Of a DNA stretch of 64,000 nucleotides, positions 41,368 to 55,088 are shown piece by piece; the stretch's first letter is position 1; each line of letters starts with the position of its first letter. The notes under the pieces are model-generated. The model made no database searches. It was not told the DNA's origin and was given only the letters and a program-made list of their open reading frames with translations. The stretch is taken from assembly GCA_964016885.1 (NCBI GenBank), contig OZ024749.1, forward strand, positions 16,120,001-16,184,000. The letters run 5' to 3'. The position numbers were made by a program, and so were the translations under genes. The DNA is from Eledone cirrhosa (lineage: Eukaryota).

Positions 41368-43240
41368 TAATCGCCGCAATGCACAGCGGCACACGCTCGG
41401 TGGTCAAGGTTAATGGTCACCTCTCGGAACCATTTCGGCTCTCCCGATCGGTTCGTCAAGGGTGCCCTCTCTCTTCCCTTCTGTACGTATTGACTCTCGA
41501 GCCATTACTGCGGAAGATGGAGCTGTTGCAGTGCATCCTGCTCGAACCGGGGGGTAGAAAGGCGGTGTCGGCTTATGCGGACGACATCACCGTGATGGTG
41601 TCGAACACCTCAGAAATCGAGGTGGTCGGCACCTTATTGAAGGAATATGAAAGGTTGACAGGAGCCAAACTTAACCCGGAAAAGTCGGTGGGCTTGCAGC
41701 TCGGAACCTAGAGAGGCAAGCCCATGCCGCCCAACAGCGTTGTGGGGCGCTGGACGGACGGACCGGTAAAGTTGCTCGGGGTTTGGTTCGGACCAGACCT
41801 CCAGGTGGAAAAGAATTGGGACGAGGTAACGAACAGAGTAGCCAGTCTCACCCAAAAATGGGCTGGGAGGAAGCTATCACTGAAAGGTCGCGCGGAGGTG
41901 GCGAATGCGTACATCTCGTCCGTCATCTACTACCGCCTGACCGTCGTGCCTTTCCCCCGTCCGCGCCTCGTCAAGTTGGAACGGCTCCTCTTCAAATTCT
42001 TGTGGAGAGGACAAGTTCCGTTGGTGAGGCGGTCCATCTGCTGCCAACACCCTCTACGCGGAGGGCTGGGCATGCCGTGGCTAATGATGCGTAGACATGC
42101 GTTGAGGCTGCAACATCTCCAGATATTCTGCCTAAACGGTGAACAGGTGTGGTCGCGGTTTATCAGACGGGCCTTTCCGCTGCTCATTTCTTTGACTGAG
42201 CTGCAGTCCTGGGTCAAGAAGAGACCGAGACTGGGTGACTGGCACCTGGAATGTTGCCAGGCACTCACTGCCCTCTACCAAGCGGGCAATGCGATCAGTG
42301 GAACTTCCACTCTCGAGTTCTATAGAGGATTAGTGGTGGGAAAGTGCGATGACGCACTCGGAGAAGCTTTGGGCCTCGACGAAGTCGAACTGACCAGTCT
42401 GTACCGGAGGACTTTTGAGCCGGGGACGATGTACAATTTCAAGAAATCCCTCGCTTGGCAGTGCTACCGGGGGGGGGGGGGGGCACTGCCGGTTCGGGAT
42501 AAACTCTACAGGCACGGAAGTGCTGTCAGACGGACCTGCCCAAGATGCGCACAGAACGACGAAACCGTTTTGCACGTACTTGTTCAATGTCCGTGCATTA
42601 CTGACTTATGGAGTTATGTCGAACAGCTACTGTTGCGTGTGGAACGAATCCGGCTATCGGCCGAGTCCATAGTGAAGATCGACCCGCCGCCTTCTTTAGA
42701 TCAGGAAGAGCAGGAAATTTTCCTCTGTCTGGTGGCAGTTGCGAAAGAGGTTATATGGTGGACCAGATTAAAAGGACTGAAGACAGACACTTTTCTCTTC
42801 GGCCAATCCCTCATCAACTTCTTCAAGTTTCACCTGGAAAGGAAGGTGAGGGTGGAGAGAGAAGTGCTTCCCCCCCCCCCCAGTACACTTGCTAAAAGGT
42901 GGGTGAATGTGGCGAGAATGGCTCGTGTGAATGGGCCTACTCTGACCATGCGCCTATAGGCTAGCTAACTTAAGGAGAGGGGTGCTCTCCCTGGGTGCCC
43001 TATAAGCGCAGGGTGGTTCAGGATTGGTGGGGTACCCGAGTCACCCCAGGGTCGTCCACCCCCTATCGGGGAATTTATTTTGTTATATTTATGCATAGTT
43101 TATTTTATATTTTTATATCTGCATTGTTAAATTAGTCTTGCCATTGTGCACTTTTACTCGACCTTATTGTAAACCCCCACTGTCCCTGTCTTTGTATTGT
43201 CCCCTACATGTCGGCCCTTGTGGCTAATAAATGAAATCAT
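41368..43240 (+). mobile_element. 5'-truncated L1/Tx1-clade non-LTR retrotransposon (RT C-terminal half, zf-RVT-like region, 3' UTR)
   Basis: VRQGCPLS and YADD RT motifs, GGLG motif, CPRC...ETVLHVLVQC zinc knuckle; ORFs 41379-41711 and 41724-42959 are in the same frame, split by one TAG; ends AATAAATGAAATC. Confidence 0.95.
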
Positions 43241-43242
43241 TC

Positions 43243-43430
43243 GGTGGATTGGCAGTATCGGTAGAGGGTCGGACGCCATGCTTTCCAGCATAGTTACGTC
43301 CCTTTATGATCTGAGTTCAAATCCCGCCGAGGTTGACTTTGCCTTTCATCCTTACGGGGTCGATAAAATAAAGTACCAGTAATGCACTGGGTAATTGCTG
43401 GCCTTGTGCCTAAAGTAGAAACAATTATTA
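43243..43430 (+). mobile_element. tRNA-derived SINE family A (reference copy)
   Basis: TGGCAGTATCGG A-box-like and GAGTTCAAATCC B box, CTTTGCCTTTCATCCTTACGGGGTCGATAAAATAAAGTACCAG core, (ATT)n tail; about 12 copies in the window. Confidence 0.93.
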
Positions 43431-43627
43431 TTATTATTACTATTACTATTATTACTATTATTACTATTATTATTACTATATATATATCTGAGAGAGAGAT
43501 CTGATGTATATAAAGTATGTATTGTGTATATATATGTATATATGCATGCATGTATGTATGTATATATTTATGTATGTGTGTGTATGTGTGTGTGTGTCTA
43601 TTTATATATATATATGTATATATTGCA

Positions 43628-43696
<69 letters not shown>

Positions 43697-43954
43697 ATAT
43701 ATGTATATATGCATCTGTGCATGTTTGTAGTAACTGTTCGTTAATCACAACGTTCTCAAATTTATATTGTATGTTGTGTTGATGTTGTTGTTGTTGGTGG
43801 TGGTATTGTTGTTGTGGTAGTTATTGTCTTTGTTCCTTTTCTTGTTGGTTAAACACACTATTCTCAACAACAACAATATAATATATGTTGGTATTAAGTC
43901 ATTTAACCCTTAACATCCTGTAATGATTTAGCAGAAAATGTATAAATATTTATT

Positions 43955-44597
43955 TTGTCAATTCAAATGTTTATATCTTTTACAGATCGCCCTGACAAAA
44001 TTGCATTTTATAATGAAATAAAGTCATAGTACTGTTTGTACTTTTCAAGAACGTCATGTTAATGTGACTTCATGTGGTTTTGGTAACTCAAATGTTTATA
44101 GTATCTTTACTGATCGACATTGTGAAAATGTTCAATATTAAAGTAAGGACCTTGATATTTAATGTGATGCAATCATAGTGCTGTTTTGTACTTTTCAAGA
44201 ACGTCTTGTTAATGTGGTTTCATATGGTTTGTTAATTCAAATGTTTATAGTATTTTTACTGGTGGACAGCTTGTGTAAATTTATAGTATTAGAGTAAAGA
44301 CTTTAATTTCTATTGTGATGTATTCATAATGCTGTTTTATACTTTTCAAGAATGTCTTACTAATGTAGATTCATGTGACTTGTTAATTTAAATGTTTATG
44401 GTATCATTACTAGTGAAAACTGTCTTCCTAACGTGGTTTCATGCAGTTTACTTTAAAAGTTTATAGTATTTTCACTAGTAGACAGATTATTATGAAATAT
44501 TGCAGCATTAAAGTAAAGACTTTTATTCTTAATGTGATGCAATCATAGTGCTGTTTTGTACTTTTCATAAAGTCTTACTAATTTGGTTTCATGTGGT
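43955..44597. repeat. Degenerate ~150-bp tandem repeat (~4 units)
   Basis: CATAGT(A/G)CTGTTT(T)GTACTTTTCAAGAA-like motif recurs at ~44025, 44174, 44325 and 44544. Confidence 0.85.
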
Positions 44598-45119
44598 ACA
44601 GTATGTTAAGAATTAAACCTATTTCAGATCATCATTCGAAGCTATATAGTTCTTGGTGTCCACCTGAATAGGAAAGGCTGATATGGTTCTAAACAACAAA
44701 AGCAGCATCATCATTAACGACAACAGTATTGAAAAAAATATCTCGTGATGTCCCAACATGGCGTAAATGACCATTCCAGCCACATAAGGCGTCCATCTTG
44801 AAATCATTTTCTAAGGTCACATTGCTCTCCTGGATGGCGAGATACATTTTTGTTTTGTTTCGGTTTTTTGGGTTTTTTTTAAAATAATTTCAAATGAGAG
44901 TTCGATTTTGATCCCCAAAGTTCTTCCCCACAACCTAAAATTATCAAAGCTTCGATTTCTTTCGTTAATCGAATAAAATATTAATAGAAAGGAAAGTTTA
45001 GTGTCATATTTGAACCCCTGACTCCATTTTCTCTGTCTTCATGATGACGACTACTAGTAAAGTCAATTATTATGGCGACACGGTCAAGAAAAAGAGCTAT
45101 TTTTTTGCTTCTTGTTGTT

Positions 45120-45930
45120 GGTGGTGGTGGTGGTGTCGGTGGTTTTGTTGTTGTTGTTGTCGATGGTGGTGGGGTCGGTGGTATTGTTGTTGTTGTCGAT
45201 GGTGGTGGTGTCGGTGGTATTGTTGTTGTTGTTGTCGATGGTGGTGGTGTCGGTGGTATTGTTGTTGTTGTCGATGGTGGTGGTGTCGGTGGTATTGTTG
45301 TTGTTGTTGTCGATGGTGGTGGTGTCGGTGGTATTGTTGTTGTTGTTGTCGATGGTGGTGGTGTCGGTGGTTTTGTTGTTGTTGTTGTCGATGGTGGTGG
45401 TGTCGGTGGTATTGTTGTTGTTGTTGTCGATGGTGGTGGTGTCGGTGGTATTGTTGTTGTTGTTGTCGATGGTGGTGGTGTCGGTGGTTTTGTTGTTGTT
45501 GTTGTCGATGGTGGTGGTGTCGGTGGTATTGTTGTTGTTGTTGTCGATGGTGGTGGTGTCGGTGGTATTGTTGTTGTTGTTGTCGATGGTGGTGGTGTCG
45601 GTGGTATTGTTGTTGTTGTTGTCGATGGTGGTGGTGTCGGTGGTATTGTTGTTGTTGTTGTCGATGGTGGTGGTGTCGGTGGTATTGTTGTTGTTGTTGT
45701 CGATGGTGGTGGTGTCGGTGGTATTGTTGTTGTTGTTGTCGATGGTGGTGGTGTCGGTGGTATTGTTGTTGTTGTTGTCGATGGTGGTGGTGTCGGTGGT
45801 ATTGTTGCTGTTGTTGTCGATGGTGGTGGTGTCGGTGGTTTTGTTGTTGTCGATGGTGGTGGGGTCGGTGGTATTGTTGTTGTTGTCGATGGTGGTGGTG
45901 TCGGTGTCGGTGGTATTGTTGTTGTTGGTG
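45120..45930. repeat. 39-bp minisatellite (GTCGATGGTGGTGGTGTCGGTGGTATTGTTGTTGTTGTT), ~20 copies
   Basis: Highly homogeneous tandem array. Confidence 0.95.
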
Positions 45931-46699
45931 GTGGTAGAGTTACTGTTGCTGTTGGTGGTAGTGATGTTGTTTGTGGTATTATTGTTGTTATTGCTGTAGT
46001 TGGTGGTGGTGGTGGTGGTGGTGGTGGTGGTGGTGTAAAATGTTGAAATTATTACTATTATTAGTAGTAGTATTATTTCTAGACTGGGTTTTACTTGCTA
46101 GGGATAAATGCAAGAAGGGAGGGGATCTGAAAGGAATCACGGACGGCGGTGGGGGGGGGGGGATTCTTTGAAGTCATTAATGGCGGAATGGTGACACAGG
46201 AATGGCTTCCGGATTATAGAAATGGTGGTGTGTAGTGTAGTGGTGATTGTGGTGATGGTGGCGGTAGTGGTGGTGGTGGTGGTGGTAGTGATGTGTAGCG
46301 TGGTGGGGGTTGTGGTGGTGGTGGTACTGATGTGTAGTGTGGTGGTGGTGGTAGTGATGTGTAGCGTGGTGGTGGTGGTGGTGGCGCTGGTGAGTAGAGT
46401 GTGGTGGTGGTGTGTACAGAGTGATTCTTCAACATATCGATAATCAGAAATGATCGTAAAATAATGGATTCATTAATTAGTTCACCTTGACCTACCCTTT
46501 CATTATTTATATATATATATCCATTTAACATTATATATATATATATATATATATATATCTTCCACCACTTGTTTATCTACATGTTTATTTTTATTTTTAT
46601 TTTTTTATATTTATTTTTACTTGTACCCCTTCCACCGTTTTTCCTCCCCCCCCCCCCCCCCATTTGTTTTCTAAATGTCTCTCCTCCACTCCCCTTCAC

Positions 46700-46850
46700 A
46701 CCCTCGGAACTCTCTTCCCACACACTTTTCGCCTGGAGAAGGGCTTATGCCCGAAACGTCGTTCCCCACTCCCACCCCACTCTCAAGAGCGTGAAACTAA
46801 TAAACCTTTGTTCGTACTGCCTCTCTATTTTGTTCCCGTTCCATTTTTCA
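46700..46850 (+). mobile_element. Penelope-type 3' terminus with a hammerhead-like motif
   Basis: CTGGAGA-AGGGC-TTAT-GCCC-GAAACGTC (46733-46760; core substitution), then AGCGTGAAACTAATAAAC. Confidence 0.6.
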
Positions 46851-46936
46851 CTATATATATATATACACACATACACATATATATATAATATATACCAGAT
46901 GTTATCAGCAGATTTTTATTTATATTATATACCCCG

Positions 46937-46974
<38 letters not shown>

Positions 46975-47270
46975 TTCTCCCTTTCTCTCTCTCTCTTTCT
47001 CCTGTCCCTCTCTCTCTCCAAGTCTTGAAGAAACATGTTCTAGTACATTACTTTATCGTCTCCCTACCACCAAAACCTTTAAGACAATGTTTTTTCAGGT
47101 GTTTTCTTTCAAATATGTTTTTCATGTGTGCTTTAATTAATTTAATTAATTTTGTGTTTTGCTCAAGGACACCGTGAATGGAACTCACAACCTTACTACC
47201 TTATCTGCTGAGCTACATGCTTTCCCTATATATATAATGGTCTGAAAAGTTTTATACTGGTTTAAAATTG

Positions 47271-47305
<35 letters not shown>

Positions 47306-47512
47306 AGTGTGTGTGCGTGCATGTGTGTATGTGTAAATAGGGAGACACAAAGCAGGCTTTGTTTAGGTGTAATGGTACGGCAAACCAAAGATGTGGGTTC
47401 GTTTCCCATGTACGTCAATACTCATCCTTTTTTCCATTCAGAGGTTTTTTTTTTAATCCCAACTAACAGTAATTCTATTTTGTCAAATACGGCGTAAGCA
47501 AATATTACTACC

Positions 47513-47610
<98 letters not shown>

Positions 47611-48683
47611 GTGGTGGCGTGGGGGAGATCCTGTATTCTGAAATTATGGAGGATGTATGAATTCTCTCATGGATAGCCTTGAGTGGAATTCTTTCAGCCT
47701 TTCGCCTATTTTGTGGGGTAAAATTATCAACGAAGTTCAGGCCTAAATTAACTAATTTAATAATTAGTCAAACCTAAAGAAAAGTACTTTCTGTAAATAA
47801 TTATTCCTCCAAAGTTGCTCATAGATGTAATAGTTCGTTTAGAAAAATATCGGGATATCTGCTGTGGATAGAGTATTATGGAATCGTTCCCGTAAGTTTT
47901 TTGATTTTTTACATATTTAAAACAATTGTGATAGAATAATTCTTATTACAAATGAAACGTAAGATATCAGTCTTAACTCTCAGGAAGTGGCAACGCATCA
48001 CATTGCGGCATAGGGCTCCTATATGTAATATTTAATTTAATATTTAATTTTGTACCAGAAATCTTATAGTCAGAAAAGAAAATGGCTAGAAAATAACTTG
48101 TTATGTTCCAACCAACATTTACTATATCCTACATCACTCATTTCTCTTTTACTCTTTTCATATTGACATCTCCTACTTCCTTTTTAGATCCACTCTTCCC
48201 CTCTTCCTCTCCCTCACCCTACTCCTCCCAATGTTCCCATCTTCAGTAATATTTAATCTGTTGCACTTTTGTTCCTTGGCTTATCTGAAACTCTCGTGTT
48301 TCTCATCCCTTGGGTATTACACTATCTCTCTGCATCCTCACACTTGCAGTGTGAATATTTATATATATTTTTAAGGCCGATATAGTTATTGTCAGGTGTA
48401 GGTGCGTCTGTGCTAAGGTGCTGTGTCTTGGTGATCTTACTGTGGTTCGTTATTCCTATGATGTCTGCTAGGTTAGGAGTAGTAGAGAAGGATATTCCTA
48501 ACCTAGCAGACATCATAGGAACAACGAACCACAGTAATATCACCAAGACACAGCACCTTAGCACAGACGCACCTACACCTGACAATAACTATATCGGCCT
48601 TAACAACTCCCTAGCAGCATCCAATAGTGCTGGCAACGGCCTCCGCAGACGCAACTAACATAACCGCGAAATGACTGGGGAAC

Positions 48684-49268
48684 ATGCAGAACATGACGTG
48701 TGGAATAATAATCGTACCCCCCCCCCCGCGCACTGTGGTTTGTAATGGTGCTAACGACAGCTGCAGGAGCGTAGGTAACAACGTAGGCAGCAACAATGAT
48801 AGACTTACCATGGGAAGTGGAAGGAACCGCGACAGAAATTGCAACTGCCGCGACAGGGGACGCTGCCCCCTTAGAGGAAACTGCTTGACTGATAGGGTTA
48901 TATATAGGTGCACTGTAACTAGCCACAATAGCGTTAAACATTATATAGGGGCTACCTCCGACCCGTTCAAAATTAGATTTCGAACACATCTCCACACTTT
49001 CACAAATAAGAAATTAAGACACTCCACTTCGCTCGGGGACTACATCACATCATTAAAAGACTTAAACATCAGCTTCTCCACGCACTGGGATATTGTCGGC
49101 AGGGCTGCACCGTACAACTTCAAGAGGAAGTGCGATCTTTGCCTCATAGAGCTCTACCACATCATAACTGCACCCCACGAGCTCATCAACAGCAGAGCTA
49201 AAACGACGATAAGTTGTACACATCGCTTAAAAATATCCTTCTTCAGGTGGGTTACGGATGAGGAGTGA
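48684..49268 (+). pseudogene. Penelope/Poseidon-type GIY-YIG endonuclease domain (fragment)
   Basis: NCNCRDRGRCPLRGNCLTDRVIYRCTV...KHYIGAT...FKIRFRTH...CDLCLIE...INSR. Confidence 0.92.
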
Positions 49269-49646
49269 AACCGTGTACCGGGTCTCCCTGCAACAAGCTT
49301 TAACACCCAGGCGGACAGGCGCTGCAAAAAAACACCCAGGAAACTAACCATGCATCCCAGACCCAGCCTCAAACGACCCAGGCAAGCAGGTGCCGAAAAA
49401 CAAACATCTCAAAATAAGTGTTGATTACATGACCCTGCGCGTATCGACAATGGTAAGGTGTGTAACCACATCTTGTAACGGATAAACAATTTGTCCCGGA
49501 AAGACTGCTCTAACACCGGCCAGAGTTACCTCACTTGACCTACTGCAAAATCAAAACACGCTTTTTTTGCAAAGTATGAATCTTGACGTGAACTTAACCC
49601 CAAAAACTCTTCCCGAGCAATGTAAGGAACACTTTGGGTTATTTAT

Positions 49647-49686
49647 GCCCTTGACAAGCCCAACTGGGCGAAACGTACGTAGGTGC
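49647..49686 (+). ncRNA. Minimal type I hammerhead, U3-A8 core variant
   Basis: GCCC-TTGACAA-GCCC(AACT)GGGC-GAAAC-GTAC-GTA|GGTGC; palindromic ACGTACGT stem III. Confidence 0.75.
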
Positions 49687-49744
49687 TGTTTTAAATAAAC
49701 ATGTTTTAACGGTCTATTCTCCGATTTCTTACTTTTCCACGTAT

Positions 49745-51162
<1,418 letters not shown>

Positions 51163-51219
51163 CGTGACTTTCGAGTGAACTTTTGAGACTGCCCAACCTG
51201 GGACGCCTCCATTGCCTTG

Positions 51220-51375
51220 CAATGGTCAAGTGATACTGGTGACTGTGACACTTAGTGCCTTCGTGGGCCCCTGATATTTTCAAGAAATATATTTTTAAAA
51301 AATGGTCAAGTGATACACATAACTGTGACACTTAGTGCCTTCGTGGGCCCCTGATATATTCAAGAGATATATTTA
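51220..51375. repeat. ~80-bp direct duplication
   Basis: AATGGTCAAGTGATAC...ACTGTGACACTTAGTGCCTTCGTGGGCCCCTGATAT occurs twice. Confidence 0.9.
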
Positions 51376-52147
51376 AAAAAAAAAATATATATATCTTATC
51401 TCAATTTACTTTATTTCATTTTATTTTATTTTATTTCATTTCATGTTATCTAATTTTATTTATTTACTTATTTAATTCCATTTATTTATTTATTTATTTA
51501 TTTAAATTTAATTTTAATTTTAATTTTAATTTTATTTATTTATTTAATTTTATTTATTTATTTATTCATTTATTTTATTTAATTACATTTAATTATATCT
51601 TATATTATATTATTTTAATTTAGTCGATTTTATTTTATTTTAGTTTACCTTATTTTATCTTATTTTATCTTATTTTATGATTATATTATATTATGTTCTA
51701 TTTTATATAATTTTAATTTTAATTTTATATTATTTTATCTCATTCCTTACCCTGTATCACTATTATCTGTATATTTTATATTTTATATGTAAGTTTGTTA
51801 TGTATTTCTTTATATTTTCTTATATATATTATAAGTCTGTTTTTCACCTATTTTTTACCTACTCTTACCTAATCCTATCTATCTTATCTACTCTTGTCTG
51901 TTCTCTTATCCATGTGTATGCTTGTATGTAACTATATGTTGACAGCACCCCGCCCAACTGTGACTGATAGCACCCCTTATTTTTTATTTTTCATTGTTTA
52001 TTTTATTATCTTATTTTTATTTTTATTTTTATTTTTATTCCTATTTTTAGTTTTACTTTTACTTCCTTAATATCCTTTATCGTCTATTATTATTTTTCAT
52101 TCTTCAATGTCTTGGATTTGTTATTGCTTGTATGGTATGTAATTAAC

Positions 52148-52205
52148 CTTTATGCTCTGATGAGTCCCACTTATAGTGCGGATGAAACAATGTTAGCAAG
52201 TAAAG
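52148..52205 (+). ncRNA. Type I hammerhead ribozyme
   Basis: CTTTA-TGCT-CTGATGA-GTCC CAC(TTATA)GTG C GGAT-GAAAC-AAT-GTT|AGCA-ag-TAAAG; canonical core and bulged 9-bp stem I. Confidence 0.75.
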
Positions 52206-52337
52206 ATATGCATATGCTATAAGCGTTCTTTGTTATTTATTATATATATATATACATATATATACATATACATATATATACATATATATACATATATATA
52301 CATATATATACATATACATATATATACATATATATAC

Positions 52338-52382
<45 letters not shown>

Positions 52383-52419
52383 TATACATATATACATATA
52401 TATATACACATATATATAC

Positions 52420-52456
<37 letters not shown>

Positions 52457-52517
52457 CATATATATATACATATATATATACATATATATATACATATATA
52501 TATACATATATATATAC

Positions 52518-52548
<31 letters not shown>

Positions 52549-52594
52549 CATATATATATACATATATATACATATATATATACATATATATACA

Positions 52595-52632
<38 letters not shown>

Positions 52633-52675
52633 CATATATATACACATATATATACATATATATATATATATATAC

Positions 52676-52706
<31 letters not shown>

Positions 52707-52783
52707 CATATATATACATATATATATATATATACATATATATACATATATATATATATATACATATATATACATATATATAT

Positions 52784-52983
52784 NNNNNNNNNNNNNNNNN
52801 NNNNNNNNNNNNNNNNNNNNNNNNNNNNNNNNNNNNNNNNNNNNNNNNNNNNNNNNNNNNNNNNNNNNNNNNNNNNNNNNNNNNNNNNNNNNNNNNNNNN
52901 NNNNNNNNNNNNNNNNNNNNNNNNNNNNNNNNNNNNNNNNNNNNNNNNNNNNNNNNNNNNNNNNNNNNNNNNNNNNNNNNNNN
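52784..52983. other. Assembly gap (200 N)
   Basis: Run of n. Confidence 1.
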
Positions 52984-52991
52984 TATATATA

Positions 52992-53229
52992 GTGAAGGCG
53001 TGTGGCTGAGTGGTTAGAGAATTGGATTCGCAATCGTAAGGTTGTGAGTTCGATTCCTGGACCAGGCGATGCGTTATGTCCTTGAGCAAGACATGTCCTT
53101 GAGCAAGACACTTTATTTCACGTTGCTCCTTCTACCTGGAGTTGCGACCGATAGATAGTATTAGCAATTGGAAAGACCAACGGAAACATTGTTCCCTCGG
53201 TCCGATTTGACGAAGTCGATCGTTCCTTA
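52992..53229 (+). mobile_element. tRNA-derived SINE family B (reference copy, with a 17-bp internal duplication)
   Basis: TGGCTGAGTGG A box, GAGTTCGATTCC B box, ATGTCCTTGAGCAAGAC twice. Confidence 0.92.
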
Positions 53230-53240
53230 ATATATATACA

Positions 53241-53290
<50 letters not shown>

Positions 53291-53311
53291 TATATATATA
53301 CATATATGTAC

Positions 53312-53356
<45 letters not shown>

Positions 53357-53411
53357 CATATATACATATATATATATATATATGTACATATATATACATA
53401 TATATATATAC

Positions 53412-53458
<47 letters not shown>

Positions 53459-54025
53459 CATATGGTTTATTTTTAGTTTTTAGATAGTTTATGTAGTTAG
53501 ATAGAGAAGTGGAGTTGGCTATGCAGTATTTTTGAAAGAGTGGAGGTGCGAATTGTATCTGTTTTGAAGCAGTTTGAAGTAGAGCCTATATAGGTTTCAG
53601 AAGAGTTGCTAGTTGTGACTGTGGGTCAATATATACATATATTTCTATATGTCTCTTGTGTTGAAAAGAGGTCAAGTATGTTAAAAATCACTGAATAATT
53701 GCTCGAAGACTCCAAACCTCGGTTTGAAGAACAATTGTAAGCAGATAAATGATTTAAACAGAACTTTGTTTCATGTAATTTCTATATAACTGCTCTGTAA
53801 AACAACTGATGTTGTTACATTGAGCTATTTATCTTACTGGTAATAAGATAGTAATAAATTACTGTCTTTCACTATTTAGGGTATAATATATATATATAAC
53901 TATAAAAGGTTTTAGTATATACATAACCATAAATAGTATCCTTAATACTATATATATATATATATATATACATACATATATATACATACACATATATGCA
54001 TGTATGTATATATATATATACACAC

Positions 54026-54098
54026 ACAGGGTGTGTCCCAAAAATGTATACATACTTTGATTAGAATGCTGTTGACATGTGTAGACATTTTTTGGATA
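54026..54098. mobile_element. ~80-bp mariner-type MITE (right end lost)
   Basis: CAGGGTGTGTCCCAAAAATGTATACATACTTTGATTAGAATGCTGTTGA. Confidence 0.72.
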
Positions 54099-54114
54099 TA
54101 TATATATATATATA

Positions 54115-54291
54115 TAATTGTTTCTACTTTAGGCACAAGGCCAGCAATTACCCAGTGCATTACTGGTACTTTATTTTATCGACCCGTAAGGATGAAAGGC
54201 AAAGTCAACCTCGGCGGGATTTGACTCAGATCGTAAAGGGACGTAACTATGCTGGAAAGCATGGCGTCCGACCCTCTACCGATACTGCCAA
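54115..54291 (-). mobile_element. SINE family A, full length
   Basis: Near-identical reverse complement of 43243-43425. Confidence 0.94.
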
Positions 54292-54357
54292 TGTTACTCC
54301 TTTACTAGGTCTATTTGATATATAAGCATATTGTAACTATATACATACATACATACA

Positions 54358-54388
<31 letters not shown>

Positions 54389-54462
54389 GTATGTGTACGT
54401 GTATGAGTTGTTGTTCTATAGACATGAGTATGTTCTGGTTTTCACTTTTTCATGAGATTCTC

Positions 54463-54520
<58 letters not shown>

Positions 54521-54542
54521 ACATAATAAACAACATATAATT

Positions 54543-54614
54543 ATTCCATTACCAAAGGTTTCAAGAAACTAGACGGTTCTTACAGAAACGTCTAACCCGT
54601 TCATCAGATAAAAT
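54543..54614 (-). ncRNA. Type I hammerhead ribozyme with intact core
   Basis: Minus strand: ATTTTAT-CTGATGA-[GGGTTAGACG/CGTCTAGTTT plus TTCT/AGAA stem II]-GAAACC-TTT-GGTA|ATGGAAT; 7-bp stem I with 2 GU pairs; its 3' half recurs at 18226-18284 (+). Confidence 0.75.
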
Positions 54615-54681
54615 GTAAACGGAAAAACACATTAGACTGAAGAAATATATTAATTTAACGCTTGATATAGTAGGAAAATTG

Positions 54682-54717
54682 TCTTAATGTTTCGTGCACT
54701 AGTCCTTCATCAGTAGA
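54682..54717 (-). ncRNA. Minimal hammerhead motif, degenerate
   Basis: TCTA-CTGATGA-AGGACTAGTGCAC-GAAACATT-AAGA. Confidence 0.5.
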
Positions 54718-54936
54718 TAGAATGAAGATTAAAAGATTAAATATAAAGATAAAGAATGAGAAGGGGAAGGAAGAGGAAAGATGTCCATGTGTCTGCTGTA
54801 CGAAGACCGAGAATACATCATATGAGAGTAGCATTCAATGCGTGTTTGGTTACAGAGTTGGTCTTATAACGAATAAAATCCCTCGGAGGCCTGATTCTAT
54901 TGATATTTTACTATATATATGTGTGTGTGCGCGCGT

Positions 54937-54973
<37 letters not shown>

Positions 54974-55052
54974 GTAAACAGATAAAACAAAGCAAACAAC
55001 ACAGCACAATGAAGAAATATGTTAGTTTAATGCTTCAAATAATAAAAAAAAG

Positions 55053-55088
55053 TCTTAACGTTTCTGACACTAGTCCTTCATCAGAAGA
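55053..55088 (-). ncRNA. Minimal hammerhead motif
   Basis: TCTT-CTGATGA-AG GAC(TAGT)GTC A-GAAACGTT-AAGA; palindromic AACGTT; 4-bp stem I. Confidence 0.6.

Noticed and set aside
45041-46046. Cys/Trp- or Gly/Val-rich ORFs; CRISPR-like periodicity
   Set aside because: 39-bp minisatellite with no unique spacers and no cas genes; eukaryotic context
52995-53065. tRNA gene
   Set aside because: A and B boxes belong to a SINE head continuous with a repeated body; no full cloverleaf
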